Shown one piece after another: positions 23,951 through 36,236 of a stretch of DNA of 64,000 nt (its first letter is position 1; each line of letters starts with the position of its first letter). Under the pieces are notes generated by a model, which was given only the letters and a program-made list of their open reading frames with translations, did no database searches and had not been told where the DNA came from. The stretch comes from Narcine bancroftii (lineage: Eukaryota). The position numbers were made by a program, and so were the translations under genes. Location of the stretch: the NCBI RefSeq assembly GCF_036971445.1, contig NC_091471.1, positions 248,558,001-248,622,000 of the forward strand, written 5' to 3'.

Positions 23951-25339
23951 GAATGATACAGGCCAATGGTAACCCCACAGCCTGCACTACAGGCTGGCAA
24001 AGTGTAGATTCATTTCCTCAGCTCCCCTCACTGACAGAACAGTCTGGAAGAACACCTAGCAGTAGTGAGAAACTTCACCTCCAGATGAGAAAAGGGTGAA
24101 GGGAGGACTGAGAGTCCAGAGGCTGGTTACAAAGGGCAGTGACCAGAAACCAGAATGCTGCAGATGCTGAAAATCTGAGATGAAAACAGAAAATGATGGG
24201 AACTCAGCATAAGACAGTTAATCCTCCGTAAATGACCTTACATCAGATGTGACCTGAAACATTAACTCTGTTTCTCTCTTCACAGATGCAGAGTATTCAC
24301 AACATTTTCTGCTTTCATTACCCTAAACAGCAGTTTAAGGATCTTATAGAAACATATAAAATTATGAAAGGCTAGATAAGATAGAGGTTGATAAGTTGTT
24401 TCTATTGGTGGGGGAGACCAGAACTAGGGGACATGGCGTCAAGATTCAGAGCAGTAGATTTAGGATGGAGATGAGGAGGAACTGCTTTTCCCAGAGGGTG
24501 GTGAATCTATGGAATTCGCTGCCCCCTGAAGTAGTGGAGGTGAAACCAGTAAATATTGGGTAGATTTCTGCATAGTAAGGGAATTATGGGATTATGGGGG
24601 AAAAAGGCAGGCAGGTGGAGATAAGCCAAGATCACAATGAATGGTGGAGGAGACTCGACAGGCCGGAATTGCTTCTATTTCTTATGTTCGTATGTCAATT
24701 TGTTCGCTTTGTGGAGTTGAATAAGGAAAAAACACAAATGAGGAAATTATTCACGATACACAAACATGCTGGAGAAACTCAGCAGGTCACGGAGCATCCA
24801 CAAGAAATAAAAGGTAATCAATGTTTGGGGCCTGAGCCCTTTGTTGGGGTAAATTATACATCCCTTTTTTGAACCAACGTGAGGTGTCTTCTATGTCAAT
24901 CTAGGAAGTCACAGAAGATACTACCTGTAAGGTAGTATCAGCTTCCCCAGTACAACAGGGAACACTAGCCTAGATTTTGGTGCTCACGTTTCTAGAGCAA
25001 GACTAAAAAATAATAATTAAATTTAGACTTGCAGCACGGTAATAGGTCCTTCGGGCCCACGAGCTCGTTCCACCCAAATACCCCAATGAACCTCCCAACC
25101 CTATACGTGCTTTTTTGGAGGGTGGGAGGAAACCGGGGCGGTGGTCACCCAGAAGAAACCTACATGGACATGGGGAGAATGTACAAACTCCTCATAGATA
25201 GTGAAGGATTTGAACCGGGGCTGCTGGCCGTGCTAACTTGAATCACCAATCTCACGACTCATGGCAAGAGCAGCAGCTGATGAGCTGCACACGGTCTGAC
25301 AGAAGTAAGAGTGGTTGTCTAGCAATATCTCCGTTTCAG

Positions 25340-25958
25340 CAGTCCTGGCCTTCGCTATCCTCAGTCCTGGCCTTCGCTATCCTCAGTCCTGGCCTTCGCT
25401 ATCCTCAGTCCTGGCCTTCGCTATCCTCAGTCCTGGCCTTCGCTATCCTCAGTCCTGGCCTTCGCTATCCTCAGTCCTGGCCTTCGCTATCCTCAGTCCT
25501 GGCCTTCGCTATCCTCAGTCCTGGCCTTCGCTATCCTCAGTCCTGGCCTTCGCTATCCTCAGTCCTGGCCTTCGCTATCCTCAGTCCTGGCCTTCGCTAT
25601 CCTCAGTCCTGGCCTTCGCTATCCTCAGTCCTGGCCTTCGCTATCCTCAGTCCTGGCCTTCGCTATCCTCAGTCCTGGCCTTCGCTATCCTCAGTCCTGG
25701 CCTTCGCTATCCTCAGTCCTGGCCTTCGCTATCCTCAGTCCTGGCCTTCGCTATCCTCAGTCCTGGCCTTCGCTATCCTCAGTCCTGGCCTTCGCCATCC
25801 TCAGTCCTGGCCTTCGCCATCCTCTGTCCTGGCCTTCGCCATCCTCTGTCCTGGCCTTCGCCATCCTCTGTCCTGGCCTTCGCCATCCTCTGTCCTGGCC
25901 ATCGCCATCCTCTGTCCTGGCCATCGCCATCCTCTGTCCTGGCCATCGCTATCCTCAG
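25340..25958. repeat. 22-bp minisatellite, about 28 copies
   Basis: Unit CAGTCCTGGCCTTCGCTATCCT. About 20 identical copies, then progressive variants. Confidence 0.97.
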
Positions 25959-26215
25959 CATTTACACTTAAAAAACAACGCACAGAATCCTCATCAAGGG
26001 CTCGTCTGAAATGTCAGTGATGTATCTTCACCTTTGCTACATAAAGGCACTGTTTGACCTGCTGAGTTTCTCTAGCAATTGTTTGTTTTTTGACTTAACC
26101 ACCGGTGTCAACAGAATCCTGTGTTTTACGTCCGCATTTACAAGGATATTTCAGGCCCTGAAAAGTTCATTTATTTATTCTCATCTATATTTTACGAGCA
26201 AGATAACACACGAAC

Positions 26216-26497
26216 CTTCCATCATGAGTTCCACCACCTTCTCATCAGTTCCAAGCTCATTACTGGCTCTGCACCTATAGACACCTTTGTGTTCTGATGT
26301 TGTGTGGGAAATGTGGAGAACTCCACTGTGGTTAGTCTCCACCTTTTTGCCCTGGCTGGGAACGATCCATTCCAATGTGGCCTGGGGGTTTCCGCTGGAG
26401 TGACAGGTCATTGTAACTTCATCACCATTCTTGATGAATACTGAGCCCCCGTCCACAGTCCTGTTATTAACTGTGATGCCTGTGTTTTGTGGTTTAT
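26216..26497 (-). CDS. ICAM/VCAM-like gene, Ig domain 6 exon (282 nt, phase 1-1)
   Basis: Acceptor ttctttttcag, weak donor G|GTTCGT. Encodes YKPQNT..GDEVTMTCHSSGNPQATLEW..HKGVYRCRASNELG (I-set). Confidence 0.9.
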
Positions 26498-27597
26498 CTG
26501 AAAAAGAATGAAATTAACAGCAATATTAAGCAGCTCCTGCTGCAACGTCACTTCAACCAGATCGAGTCTCCAAATGGATGGAAGCCAAAACCTGACCAGG
26601 TATCCAGCTGTTCAGAGCAACTCTGCTCCAAAGTCCAGGGAGCCTCGTGCCCTGAGTTCACAATCAGTAAACCAGCTGGGGGTCTCAGTTTAAATATATC
26701 CTCAAGGTTTCAGAACACTGGTGGATCTTAGCTTGAACAGCTTTTTGGAGCCAGATGAACTCTTTTCTACCAGCAATACTTTAAAATCCTGCTGCCTGTC
26801 TCTTCAAAGTGGGAATTCAGACACACAGGCCCTTTCAGCCCATGAGCCTATTTACACCCAACTGACCAACAAACCCCAGTATGTTTTTGACTGCTGGGAG
26901 AAAACCCACACAGACACAGGGAGAATGTACAAACTCCTTACAGACACCCTGGAATGCTGTAACTCATTGACCCTTTACAAAATGGATGACGCTAACCACC
27001 AAGCTAACTGCGTCACCCCGTCATAATATAGACAGGAGGTGGCCGATCCACATGAGTGAGTTTTGAAACTGGAGTGCCCGATCAGATGATCCTCTCTCTA
27101 GGAGACCCCAGTGTCATATGTGCAGCGAGGGCAAACTCTTCAGCCATCAGTGACTTCTAAGTTACTGCATCTTCTGTGGTCAAGGAGAGACCATTAACCT
27201 TGGATCAAACCATTCCGGATTCAAGTTGCAGTCCAGAGAGCTGAGCACAAACTCCAGGCTGACTGTGGTCAGCGTAGCGGCTCTCTAGCGCTATGCTATT
27301 ACAGCGCCAGTGACCTGGGTTCAAATCCAGCGTTGACTGTAAGGAGTTCTTAACGCTCTCCCCATGACCTCGCACATTCCAAAGACATACAGAGAGGTTT
27401 GTAGCTTAATTGGTCACAGGGTGTATTTGGGTTGCTTGTGCTCGTGGGCCAGAAGGATCTGTTACCATGCTGTATCGCTAAGTGATTTAAAAAAATAAAT
27501 AAATATCGAACGCAGTATTGAGGGAGTGCTGCACTGGTGTGGAGCTGTCCTTCGGTTGAGGCATTACATTGAGGGTCCATTTTGTGAATTATGCTAT

Positions 27598-28339
27598 TGT
27601 GACAGAGTATTTAGAGGTGTTTTGGGAAGATTACAGCAGGTTGCACACAAACATTTTAAAACAGAATATTTGCACGACTTTTGCAAAGTGCTTTTTGCAA
27701 AAAGAGCAACAAAGTTGCAGCGTACAGCTGGCCTGGGAGAGCATGTGATTTTTGCAAGCAGAGAGAACAGTTTTGCTCTCAGAAAGGGAGGGTGTGAAAC
27801 AGAAAGGAGACAGAAATTAGTTCCAGAAGGACAAAGCTGGCAAGCTTTTGGAAGACTGCCTGGTCAAAGGAGAAGACTGGCTGTCTGAAAGGTGACCTGA
27901 AAGAAGGAGGATCATCTGGAGAACCCTCAAGAGGGCACGTTTCGTTAGCAAGACTAATTAAACAGGAATCAGGTGCGGATGTCCTGGAACAAAAGGATCT
28001 CTGAAGACCAACAAAATCCCTCCTGAGTAGTAACCATTTGCCTGTTAAGCACCAAAGACTGGTGAAGTTCGTTAATGCTAACTTCTGAGCACAGTTACAA
28101 GAATTGCCTGCAACCAGTAAGATTGGACAATGATCCAAAGAACTTTTCTAATCTTAAATACACATTACACACACCTGCGCTTAGTATTAGAAGGGGGATT
28201 AAGTAGGTTAAGTAATAAGTTAAAGTTTAATTCTGTTTTCTTGTTCAAATATAATTAAAAACTACTTTTGTTTAAGTAACCCTGTGTTGAGGTGCATATC
28301 TATTGCTGCTGGTTTTGGGGTCCTCTGGACTCCGTAACA
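27598..28339 (+). mobile_element. Solo LTR
   Basis: TGTGAC...GTAACA ends and 4-bp TSD CTAT. The 3' half is homologous to 33563-34579. Confidence 0.85.
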
Positions 28340-28574
28340 CTATGTTGAGATGTTATGGAGTTCTTCCAGGCAACCTGGCCAACAATTTTTAACTTTGTTA
28401 TTGTTAGAAATGCAGCACGGTAACAGGCTCTTCCGATCCCACGAGGCCATGCTGCCTAAACCCCAATTAACCTACATCCTGTACGTTTTGAAGGGTGGGG
28501 GAAACCAGAGGACCTGACAGTTTGCAGACAGAAAATAAAGGAACTTATTACACAAGGACACCTCCTATACTTAC

Positions 28575-28820
28575 ACAAAATCTCTGCACGAAAAGAGGAG
28601 TTGATGGAGCCAAACTCATTATAGAGAGTACACATGTAGTGACCACCATTTTCCAGTTGGACAAAGGGGATGTGAAATGTCTCGATGCTGCTAATTATCT
28701 CTCCATCTCTTCTCCAGAGCACTTGGGGATCTGGGTTCCCTTTTCCATGACAGGTTAACGTCTGTGATTTCCCTTCAATCCACTCCTGTTCTTGAGAGAT
28801 CTGCACCTCATCTGGAGAAT
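28575..28820 (-). CDS. ICAM/VCAM-like gene, Ig domain 5 exon (246 nt, phase 1-1)
   Basis: Acceptor aaattcacag, donor T|GTAAGT. Encodes YSPDEV..WIEGKSQTLTCHGKGNPDPQVLWRRDG..GGHYMCTLYNEFGS. Confidence 0.92.
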
Positions 28821-28899
28821 CTGTGAATTTAATTACAATTGAAAATTTAAAAAAAGAACGCTGAAATTTAGGAGCTTTAAATTTCTCTTCAACCAATAC

Positions 28900-29360
28900 A
28901 CCAAACGTGCTGAAGAAACTCAGCAGCATCCGTAGGAACTAATGGGTAACCAACGTTTCGGGCTTGGGCCCTTCGTCAGATATAAGATCAAAAAGGTGGC
29001 AGGGGGAGGGGGGGAAAGGAGGAAGGGGCACGGCGAGGGGTACAGGCAAACAGATGGTCCGTGGTGGATCTGGGTGGGATGGTAGAAGAGGGGAAAAAAA
29101 ACAGCTGAGAAATGATAAGGTGAGTGATAGGAGGGAGAAGGGGTGGGGAGCTGGAGGGAGGGAGACAGAGAGATAGGGAAAAAGAAAGACCCAGGAGAGG
29201 GGTTGAATGGAAATTTGAGGTTGATCCTGTCTGGTTAGAGTGCCCAGATGGAATACAAGGTGTTGTTCCTCCAATTTCTTGGTAGCATCGGTTTGGCAGG
29301 GCTTGAGGCCATGGAGAGACATGTTGGTGTGAAGAATTGAAATGGTTGGCCACTGGGGCG
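28900..29360 (-). mobile_element. Penelope-like element 3' fragment
   Basis: GIY-YIG C-terminal remnants ANHFNS and KKLEEQHLVFHLGTL. Tail tctgacgaagggcccaagcccgaaacgttg. Confidence 0.7.
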
Positions 29361-30974
29361 TCTTTGCTAATAGAATATTTCTTCTCCTCACTATCTTAAT
29401 GAGACAATCACCTATTATTAAATAATGACATCTCGTTCGAGCTTCTCACTAGAAACATCCTGCCAAGACCTCTCAAGATCTTGGCAGGCTTCTTTTTTTG
29501 CTCTTCTCAATAGCAGATCATTTAAAAATTTTATTTCCAATGTTGGAAGCCAATTCCAGCCATTGACACTCAAATTAACCGACAACGTTTTGGACGGTGG
29601 GAGGAACGCGGAGCACCCAGGAGAGAACCCACGCAGACCCTTGGAGAACGTACAAGCGCCTTACAGATGTTGCCAGATTCGAACCGGGGTTGCTGACCCC
29701 GTAATGATGTTGCACTAACTGCTATGTGAACTGTGCTCGCCCTGTCTGACCTTTCTTCACATCACTGGTCACACATTTCAGGAACGAGTCCAACAAACTT
29801 TCCAATTTGCTTCCCTCCCTAAATAAGGGGAACAGTGCTGTACGGAGTATTCCAGACACAGAAGGTTCCTACACAACTGAAGCAGCCCTTCCCTACCTCT
29901 GCATTAAATTTCACAATAAACAAGAACATTCTGTCAATTCACTTCCTTATTCCTCCTGTACCAGCATTCAAACTGAGGGGCAGGGGTGGCAGTGCTAATT
30001 TTTTAAGTGCCAGAGCTCACCAAAAATGGTGCTGGATCTGCCCCCCTGAAGTGCCGGAGAGGTGGTCCGGTGGGCTCCAGCAGCACTGCACCCCTGATTC
30101 AGACCAAGCACCAGAATGCCCAGGAACCTCTGCATCGCACCACTTCAACACTGTATTTCGGAGCGGCACGGTCAGCGCAATGCCTTCACCACCTCAGCGA
30201 TCGGGACCGGGGTTCGAATCCCGTACTGTCTGCAAGGAGTTTGTACTCTCTCCCCATGTCTGCATGGGTTTCCCCCGGGGGTGGGGGGGGGGGGGGCGCT
30301 CCGGTTTCCTTTAAAAATGCACCAGGGGTTGCAGATCAATCGGGAGTAATTGGGCGGCACTGACCTGTGGGCCGAAGTGGTTTGTAACCGTGCTAAATTT
30401 AAGAAATTTAATTTTTAAAAATTTTTCCAAGAGAAATTAGCGATTTTACATTTTTTCCACCATTTGCTAGATGCTTACACTCATTAAGCCTTTGCATATC
30501 AAGATTCAAGGTTCCTTTTATTGTCACAGAATAGAAAAAAATTAATATACATGGAATACTTAACATCTGTCTGCCATGGAGCAAAGAAAGAAGCACCATT
30601 AGTATTGGCTAGCAACCCTTAGAGAGAAAGAGAATCGAAGGTTGAGATGGACAGAGTTTATCAGGCAGAAATGGGCTCTTGATGGAAAGAATTTTCAGGG
30701 TCACAGGGAAAAAGCAGGAGGATGATACTGGAAAGGTTGCTTTGCAAACAGCAGACTGATTGGTCTCTTTTTCTGTTGGAATGTTTCTGGGATGTGATTG
30801 TTGTATCTATGAAGGTGATTCTTGGGCATTCCAATTCTCCTTACACTTTCTCATGTTATCTCCAAAGACATGAAACCCGTTAATACCTCCTACAAATTAA
30901 TTTTCAGCTAGTTTTAATGTAGAAAAGTACATCATGGAAATAGGCCCTTTTGACATCCCCAATGCCAATCCAAC

Positions 30975-31352
30975 CCGTATATACACATGTAATAGTCAAA
31001 TTTTGTGGACCAACGTTTAGGGTAAAATTTAGGGGGTCCACTATTACACACATACTACTTTTCATTGCAGTAAGTACTTGTGTCGTTTGAGGGGCCGGGA
31101 GCTTGGATGGCCAGGTGGGTGGGACTGAGTGGTTAAGTCTGTGTTTGGGGCATCAGGAGTTCGGACGGGCTGGCAGCCAGGGCCTAGGCGAGAGTCCGTG
31201 GCTGGGGTGGTGAGAGCTCAGACGGGCTGGCAGCCGGGGCCTAGGTGAGAGTCTGCAGTCGAGGCGTCAGGAGCTCGAGTTGTCAGGCAGTCAGAGCCAA
31301 AAATAGGGGGTCAACCTTTACATGGTATCGACCTTTGCACGCGAATATACGG
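30975..31352. mobile_element. Tc1/mariner-type MITE related to 21583-21969
   Basis: ccgtatatacac...gcgaatatacgg ends and a shared gccaaaa..aggggggtc subterminal block. Confidence 0.6.
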
Positions 31353-32239
31353 TCATTCCACCTACCTGCCTCTTCCGTATTTATGTGAGTGTATAAATGT
31401 CACTCATACGTTGCTATCATGGCTGGTTCCACCGCCAGCCCTTGCTCTCCTGGCAACGCGTTCCCGGTCCCGATCGCTGATGTGGTGAAGGCGTTGCGCT
31501 GACCGTGCCGCTCCGAAATACAGTGTTGAAGTGGTGCGATGCAGAGGTTCCCACCCTCTGGGTAAAATAAAAAAGCTGTCTCGCCCACCATTCATCTGTT
31601 TTGCATTCAAACTGTATCCCCGCCCAGGATAGGGACCTTGAGGGTGTAGAGTCTGTGGAGTAGTACAACTGAGCACCAACGTACAATCGCTAGACACCTC
31701 TCCATTACTTGGTGACAAATGAGCCAATTAAACACTGCTATAGTTTTGGGAGTTTGTTAAGGAGCGGAAGTGGTCGTCCATTGTCTCCATTTGAAATAAG
31801 GACCTCGCTGGCCTTTGGATCTGCGAGGGGTCAAAACACAGAGATTCTGGTGGAATTCAGCTGGTCTTGTAGTATATTATTGACATTTCAGGCCTCTCAT
31901 TTCTTGAAGAAGGGCTCAGGCCAAAAATGTCAATCCTACTTCTTTACATCCCATGGACTCTGTGAGAACAGCCGAGTTCCTCCAGCTTTTTTGTGTTTTA
32001 ACTGCAATTACAGCGCCTGCAGACTTCTGTGTTTCATTCTCAATGCTTGGGGAGGGGGGTTCTATAGCACCCCTGTGGGGGGTGCCACAGGACATTTAAG
32101 TAAAAGCTTTGTTTTCTTTTCACCTCACGTAACAAATATTTCTTTTTTTTTTTAAGTACAGAAGCCAGAACTTGACTGCTTCATGTGAAAAGGGGGCCCA
32201 AATAAAAGGTGGATAATGGCTACTTTTGACCATGAGTCA

Positions 32240-32870
32240 TGGGAGTAGAATTAGAACATTTGGCCATTAAGTCTGCCCCATCATGGCTGATTTACTGACC
32301 TTTTCAACCCCATTCTCCTGCCTTCACCCTGTAACCATTGATCAAGAACCTATCTACCTTCACCTTAAATATCCCCAATGACTTGGCCTCCACAGTCGTC
32401 TGCGGCAACAAATTCCATCGATTCACCGCCCTCTGGCTAAAGACATTCCTTCTTATCTATGTTCTAAAGGGATATTTCTGTATTCTGAGGCTGTGCCCTC
32501 TGGTCTCAGACTCCCCTACCCCAGGAAACATCCTCTCCACATCTACTCTATTCAGGCCTTTCAGCGTTCAATAGTTTTCAATGAGATCCCCCCCTCATTC
32601 TAGAGAGTACAATCCCAGAGCCATCAAACGCTCCTCATATGAAAATCCTTTCACTCTGGGGATCATCCTTGTAAACCTCCAAGACCCACACATCCTTCCT
32701 TAGATATGGAGCCCAAAACTGCTCACACTATTCCAACTGTGGTCTGACCAATGCTTTGTAAAGCCTCAACATCACATCCCTGCTTTCATATTCTAACCCT
32801 CTCAAACTGAATGCCATTTGCCTTCCTTACCACCGACCTTTAGGGAGTCTTGCACAAAGACCTACATAAG
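32240..32870 (-). mobile_element. Degenerate CR1 LINE fragment
   Basis: Typical CR1 3' nucleotide motifs, similar to the other CR1 copies in the window. Confidence 0.65.
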
Positions 32871-33562
32871 TCTTAGAGTATCAGAGCCAGCGCCACCAGG
32901 CTGAGGAACAGCTTCTTCTCACGGGCAGTGAGAACACTGAATGACCAAAGGGACTGCTCACAGTGACCATCCGAGATGCTCATTTGTACAAAACATTATT
33001 TAATTTTATTGATAAAATACTTGCCCTGCATATATATTATTTGCCTGTAGATGTGTTAAGTTATGTCTGGTTGTGTGTCTACATGTTTTGTACCCAGGAC
33101 TGGAGCTCATGCAATCGGAGGACAATAAATTTGAACTTGACCCCCAAGTACCTCTGCACCTCTGACTTCTGAACTCATTGCCCCTTTACAAAATGGATGA
33201 CGCTTTTATTCGTACACTTCATTGCACTGTTCTCCATTTAAACGTAGAACATTAAAGTGCATGCCCTTCAGCCCAATATGTTGTGCCAACCTGTATAAAC
33301 CTACACAACAATCAAAACCTTCACTATCTCATGCCCATAACCCTCTTATTTTTCTTGCATTCATGCACCTGTCTAAGAGGCTTTTAAATGCCTCTATTGT
33401 TCTAGCCACCACCACCATCCCCTAGTAATACATTCCAGGCACCCTCCTCTCTGTGTAAAACACCCCTAGTGTCTCCCCTAAACTTTCCTCCCCTCACCGT
33501 AACCAGATATCCTCTGGTATTGGCTACTGTCACCCTGGGATAAAGGTTCTGGCTTTAGCAAC

Positions 33563-33927
33563 TATGATGGAATACTTGAGAATGTTTTTGGGAGATAAAT
33601 TGGTAAAATTAGAGGAGTACACACACTTTAAAACAGATCTTATTTGAAATACTGAAGAATTCATATTCAGTGACTTCTGTAATGGAAAATGCTATGGAGA
33701 TTTCACAAGTGGCTGTTAATTGAAGTGAATGAATGGACTATGGTCTTTAAAGCCACAGCAAGAGACAGGCCGTCTCCTAATTTCTCTTCACAGAAAGGTC
33801 ATCGAGAGGTTATTGTTTACCTAAAACAACAGATTGACCAAAAGACCAACTCCTATTGTTTGCTGGAGAAGGTCAGGGGTTTTGCAAGTGAGAGAGAGAG
33901 AAGGACATACTGCCTGGCAGTTGAAGT

Positions 33928-33973
<46 letters not shown>

Positions 33974-34579
33974 GAAGGGAGTCTTGAACTGTGTGTGACA
34001 CAGAAAGCTGTAACAAGCCAGGAGAAGCTTGTTGGAACTGAAACACAAGCTCCAGAGTGGCAGATGGCTGGAAGTGCTATCTGTCTGATGTTTCTCTTGG
34101 AATAAGGAACTCTGTGATAGCCTGAAAGAAATAGGTTATTATCTGGAGAACCCTGATGGGGCAAGTTTCATCAGCAAGACATTGAGGTGACTAATGGTGG
34201 TACCTCTCTCTGCAAACCTACAAAAACCTTCCTGAGCGGAACCATTTACCTTTCGAGCACCAGAGCCTGGTGAACTTTATACATGTTAAATTCTGTGCAC
34301 AGTTTAAGAATTGCCTGCAACCAATGAACTTGGAAGAATGAGAAGTGAGATTGAACTGTAAACCAAAGAACTTTTCTTAAATTTACACACACATTACACA
34401 CACGTCCGCTTAAAATTGGAAGGGGGTTAAGTTAGGTTAGTTAAATTAATAGTGATAAGTTAAAGTTTGATTCTGTTCTCAGGTTTAAAGATAATTAAAA
34501 GCAACTTTTGTTTCAGTAACCATTTGTCATGATGAATATCTATTGCTGTTGGATTTTGGGGTCCTTTGGGCTCGTAACA
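33563..34579 (+). mobile_element. Solo LTR with internal (GA)n, same family as 27598-28339
   Basis: Shared blocks aagaattgcctgcaacca and tctattgctg..ttttggggtcct..cgtaaca. Ends 21 nt from the Ig4 splice donor. TSD not recognisable. Confidence 0.75.
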
Positions 34580-34600
34580 TACCAAAATGATGTGACTTAC

Positions 34601-34882
34601 ATTGGACGTTGAGAGTGGCAGACTGTTCTTTATTGATGGATTCGGAGTGAAGTTGTAACTTTAGCTCAGCTTCGCAGGTGTACTCCTCTCCATTCAGCTT
34701 TGCTAGTGGATACACAGTGTGGTAGATGGTGAGCTCAGAAACGCCTGATGCATTCTCTAACAGATCTCTTCCCGCCTTCAGGCGGAGTTGAAATGCGCCT
34801 GATACATTGAAGACACTGCAAGTGATGTTCACTGGGATCCCCTCAATGCTGGTTGGCACTTGGATTTCAGGGCCAGGGAAAA
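34601..34882 (-). CDS. ICAM/VCAM-like gene, Ig domain 4 exon (282 nt, phase 1-1)
   Basis: Acceptor ctgttgttacag, donor T|GTAAGT. Encodes VFPGPEIQV..NITCSVFNV..LNGEEYTCEAELKL..LNVQ. Confidence 0.92.
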
Positions 34883-36122
34883 CTGTAACAACAGAAAGCA
34901 TTGTTAGAAATATTCTCAAAGTAAGTCCTGCAGCCACAGTCTGTCTCTAGCTGGACAAGGAGCTGAGGCAATGATCAAAATCCTCCACCCACCCCCCCCA
35001 CCCCAATCCCACACACACACTTTCCAGCATCATTCACACCCCCACCCCCGACCTAATTTCCAGTCCAGACTGCTAGGGCATTATTGGGTCGATCCGGATT
35101 TTCAGGCAGTACTTTTAAAATTCAAATTTGAAGAGGAATAAAGAAGAGATGAACAGGTAAATTTTGCCTGAATTTTTTTTTTAACCTCTGCGGCCAAACA
35201 GGTACTTTGTAAAATAAAACAACTCCAATAGTATATGTAGAACTACAGAACATTGCAGCTCAAAAACCTTTGACCCTTCTTGCCTGTGCCGAACCATTTT
35301 CTGCCTAGTTCCACTAACCTGCACCCATTCCATATACCTCCAAACCCCTCCTGTCCAAATTCCTCTTAAATGTTAAAAATGAGCCCGCATTCACCGATTC
35401 AGCTGGCAGCTTGTTCACACTCCCCACCACTCTCTGCGAGAAAAAGTTCCCCCTCATGTTCCTCCTAAACTTTTCCCCTTTCACCCTCTGGTTTGTATCT
35501 CACCTACCCTCAGTGGAAAAAAGCCCATCTATATTAACTCTGTCTATAATTTCATATGCCTCATTTGAATAATTTTTAATGAATCGCTCATTCAATAGTA
35601 AATACGGCATGCTTCATTTATCAAAATGACCACTTTTAAAGAAAGATAAAACCAACACTTGACAAAAAGGTAGACATTAGTTTTTTTTGCTTGTTGCCAC
35701 TATGCATCTGTGGTGTGCACACACAGCCCACTGAATTTAAAAAGTTTGAGTTTTCAAAAAGTAAGATCTTTAAAACTATTAATACCTAAAAAAAAACTTT
35801 TTGAAAGCTGGCATCTAAAATAGCTGAAGATAATATTATACGACTATAAATACTGTAAGTCCAAAAAAATTTCAGAATTGATTCCAGATCTTCAATCTAT
35901 ATATCATTATAAAGTTCTTTGTCAATTTTTGAATAGAGATAGGGAAAGATGACCCGAATACCACTGTAGAGGTAATACTGAGGGACTTCAACTCCATCTC
36001 AATACAATGAGGATATTCATCTGACTTTTCACAATGTAACAAAAGTAACATTTTTTATGTTTATTGCCCAGTAGTAAAAATGGAAATTAGGTAGGGCTAT
36101 TCAATCTAGGTTTCTTATTTTG

Positions 36123-36158
<36 letters not shown>

Positions 36159-36236
36159 CATAATAATTGATTTGAAATTGTCAAAAAAGGACAGGATTAA
36201 ATATCGGCAGTGATTGAAAGAGGTATAAAAACTTTG

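Noticed and set aside
25238-26020. 260-aa and 218-aa repetitive ORFs
   Set aside because: Produced by a stop-free 22-bp minisatellite cycling through frames; no splice or domain support.
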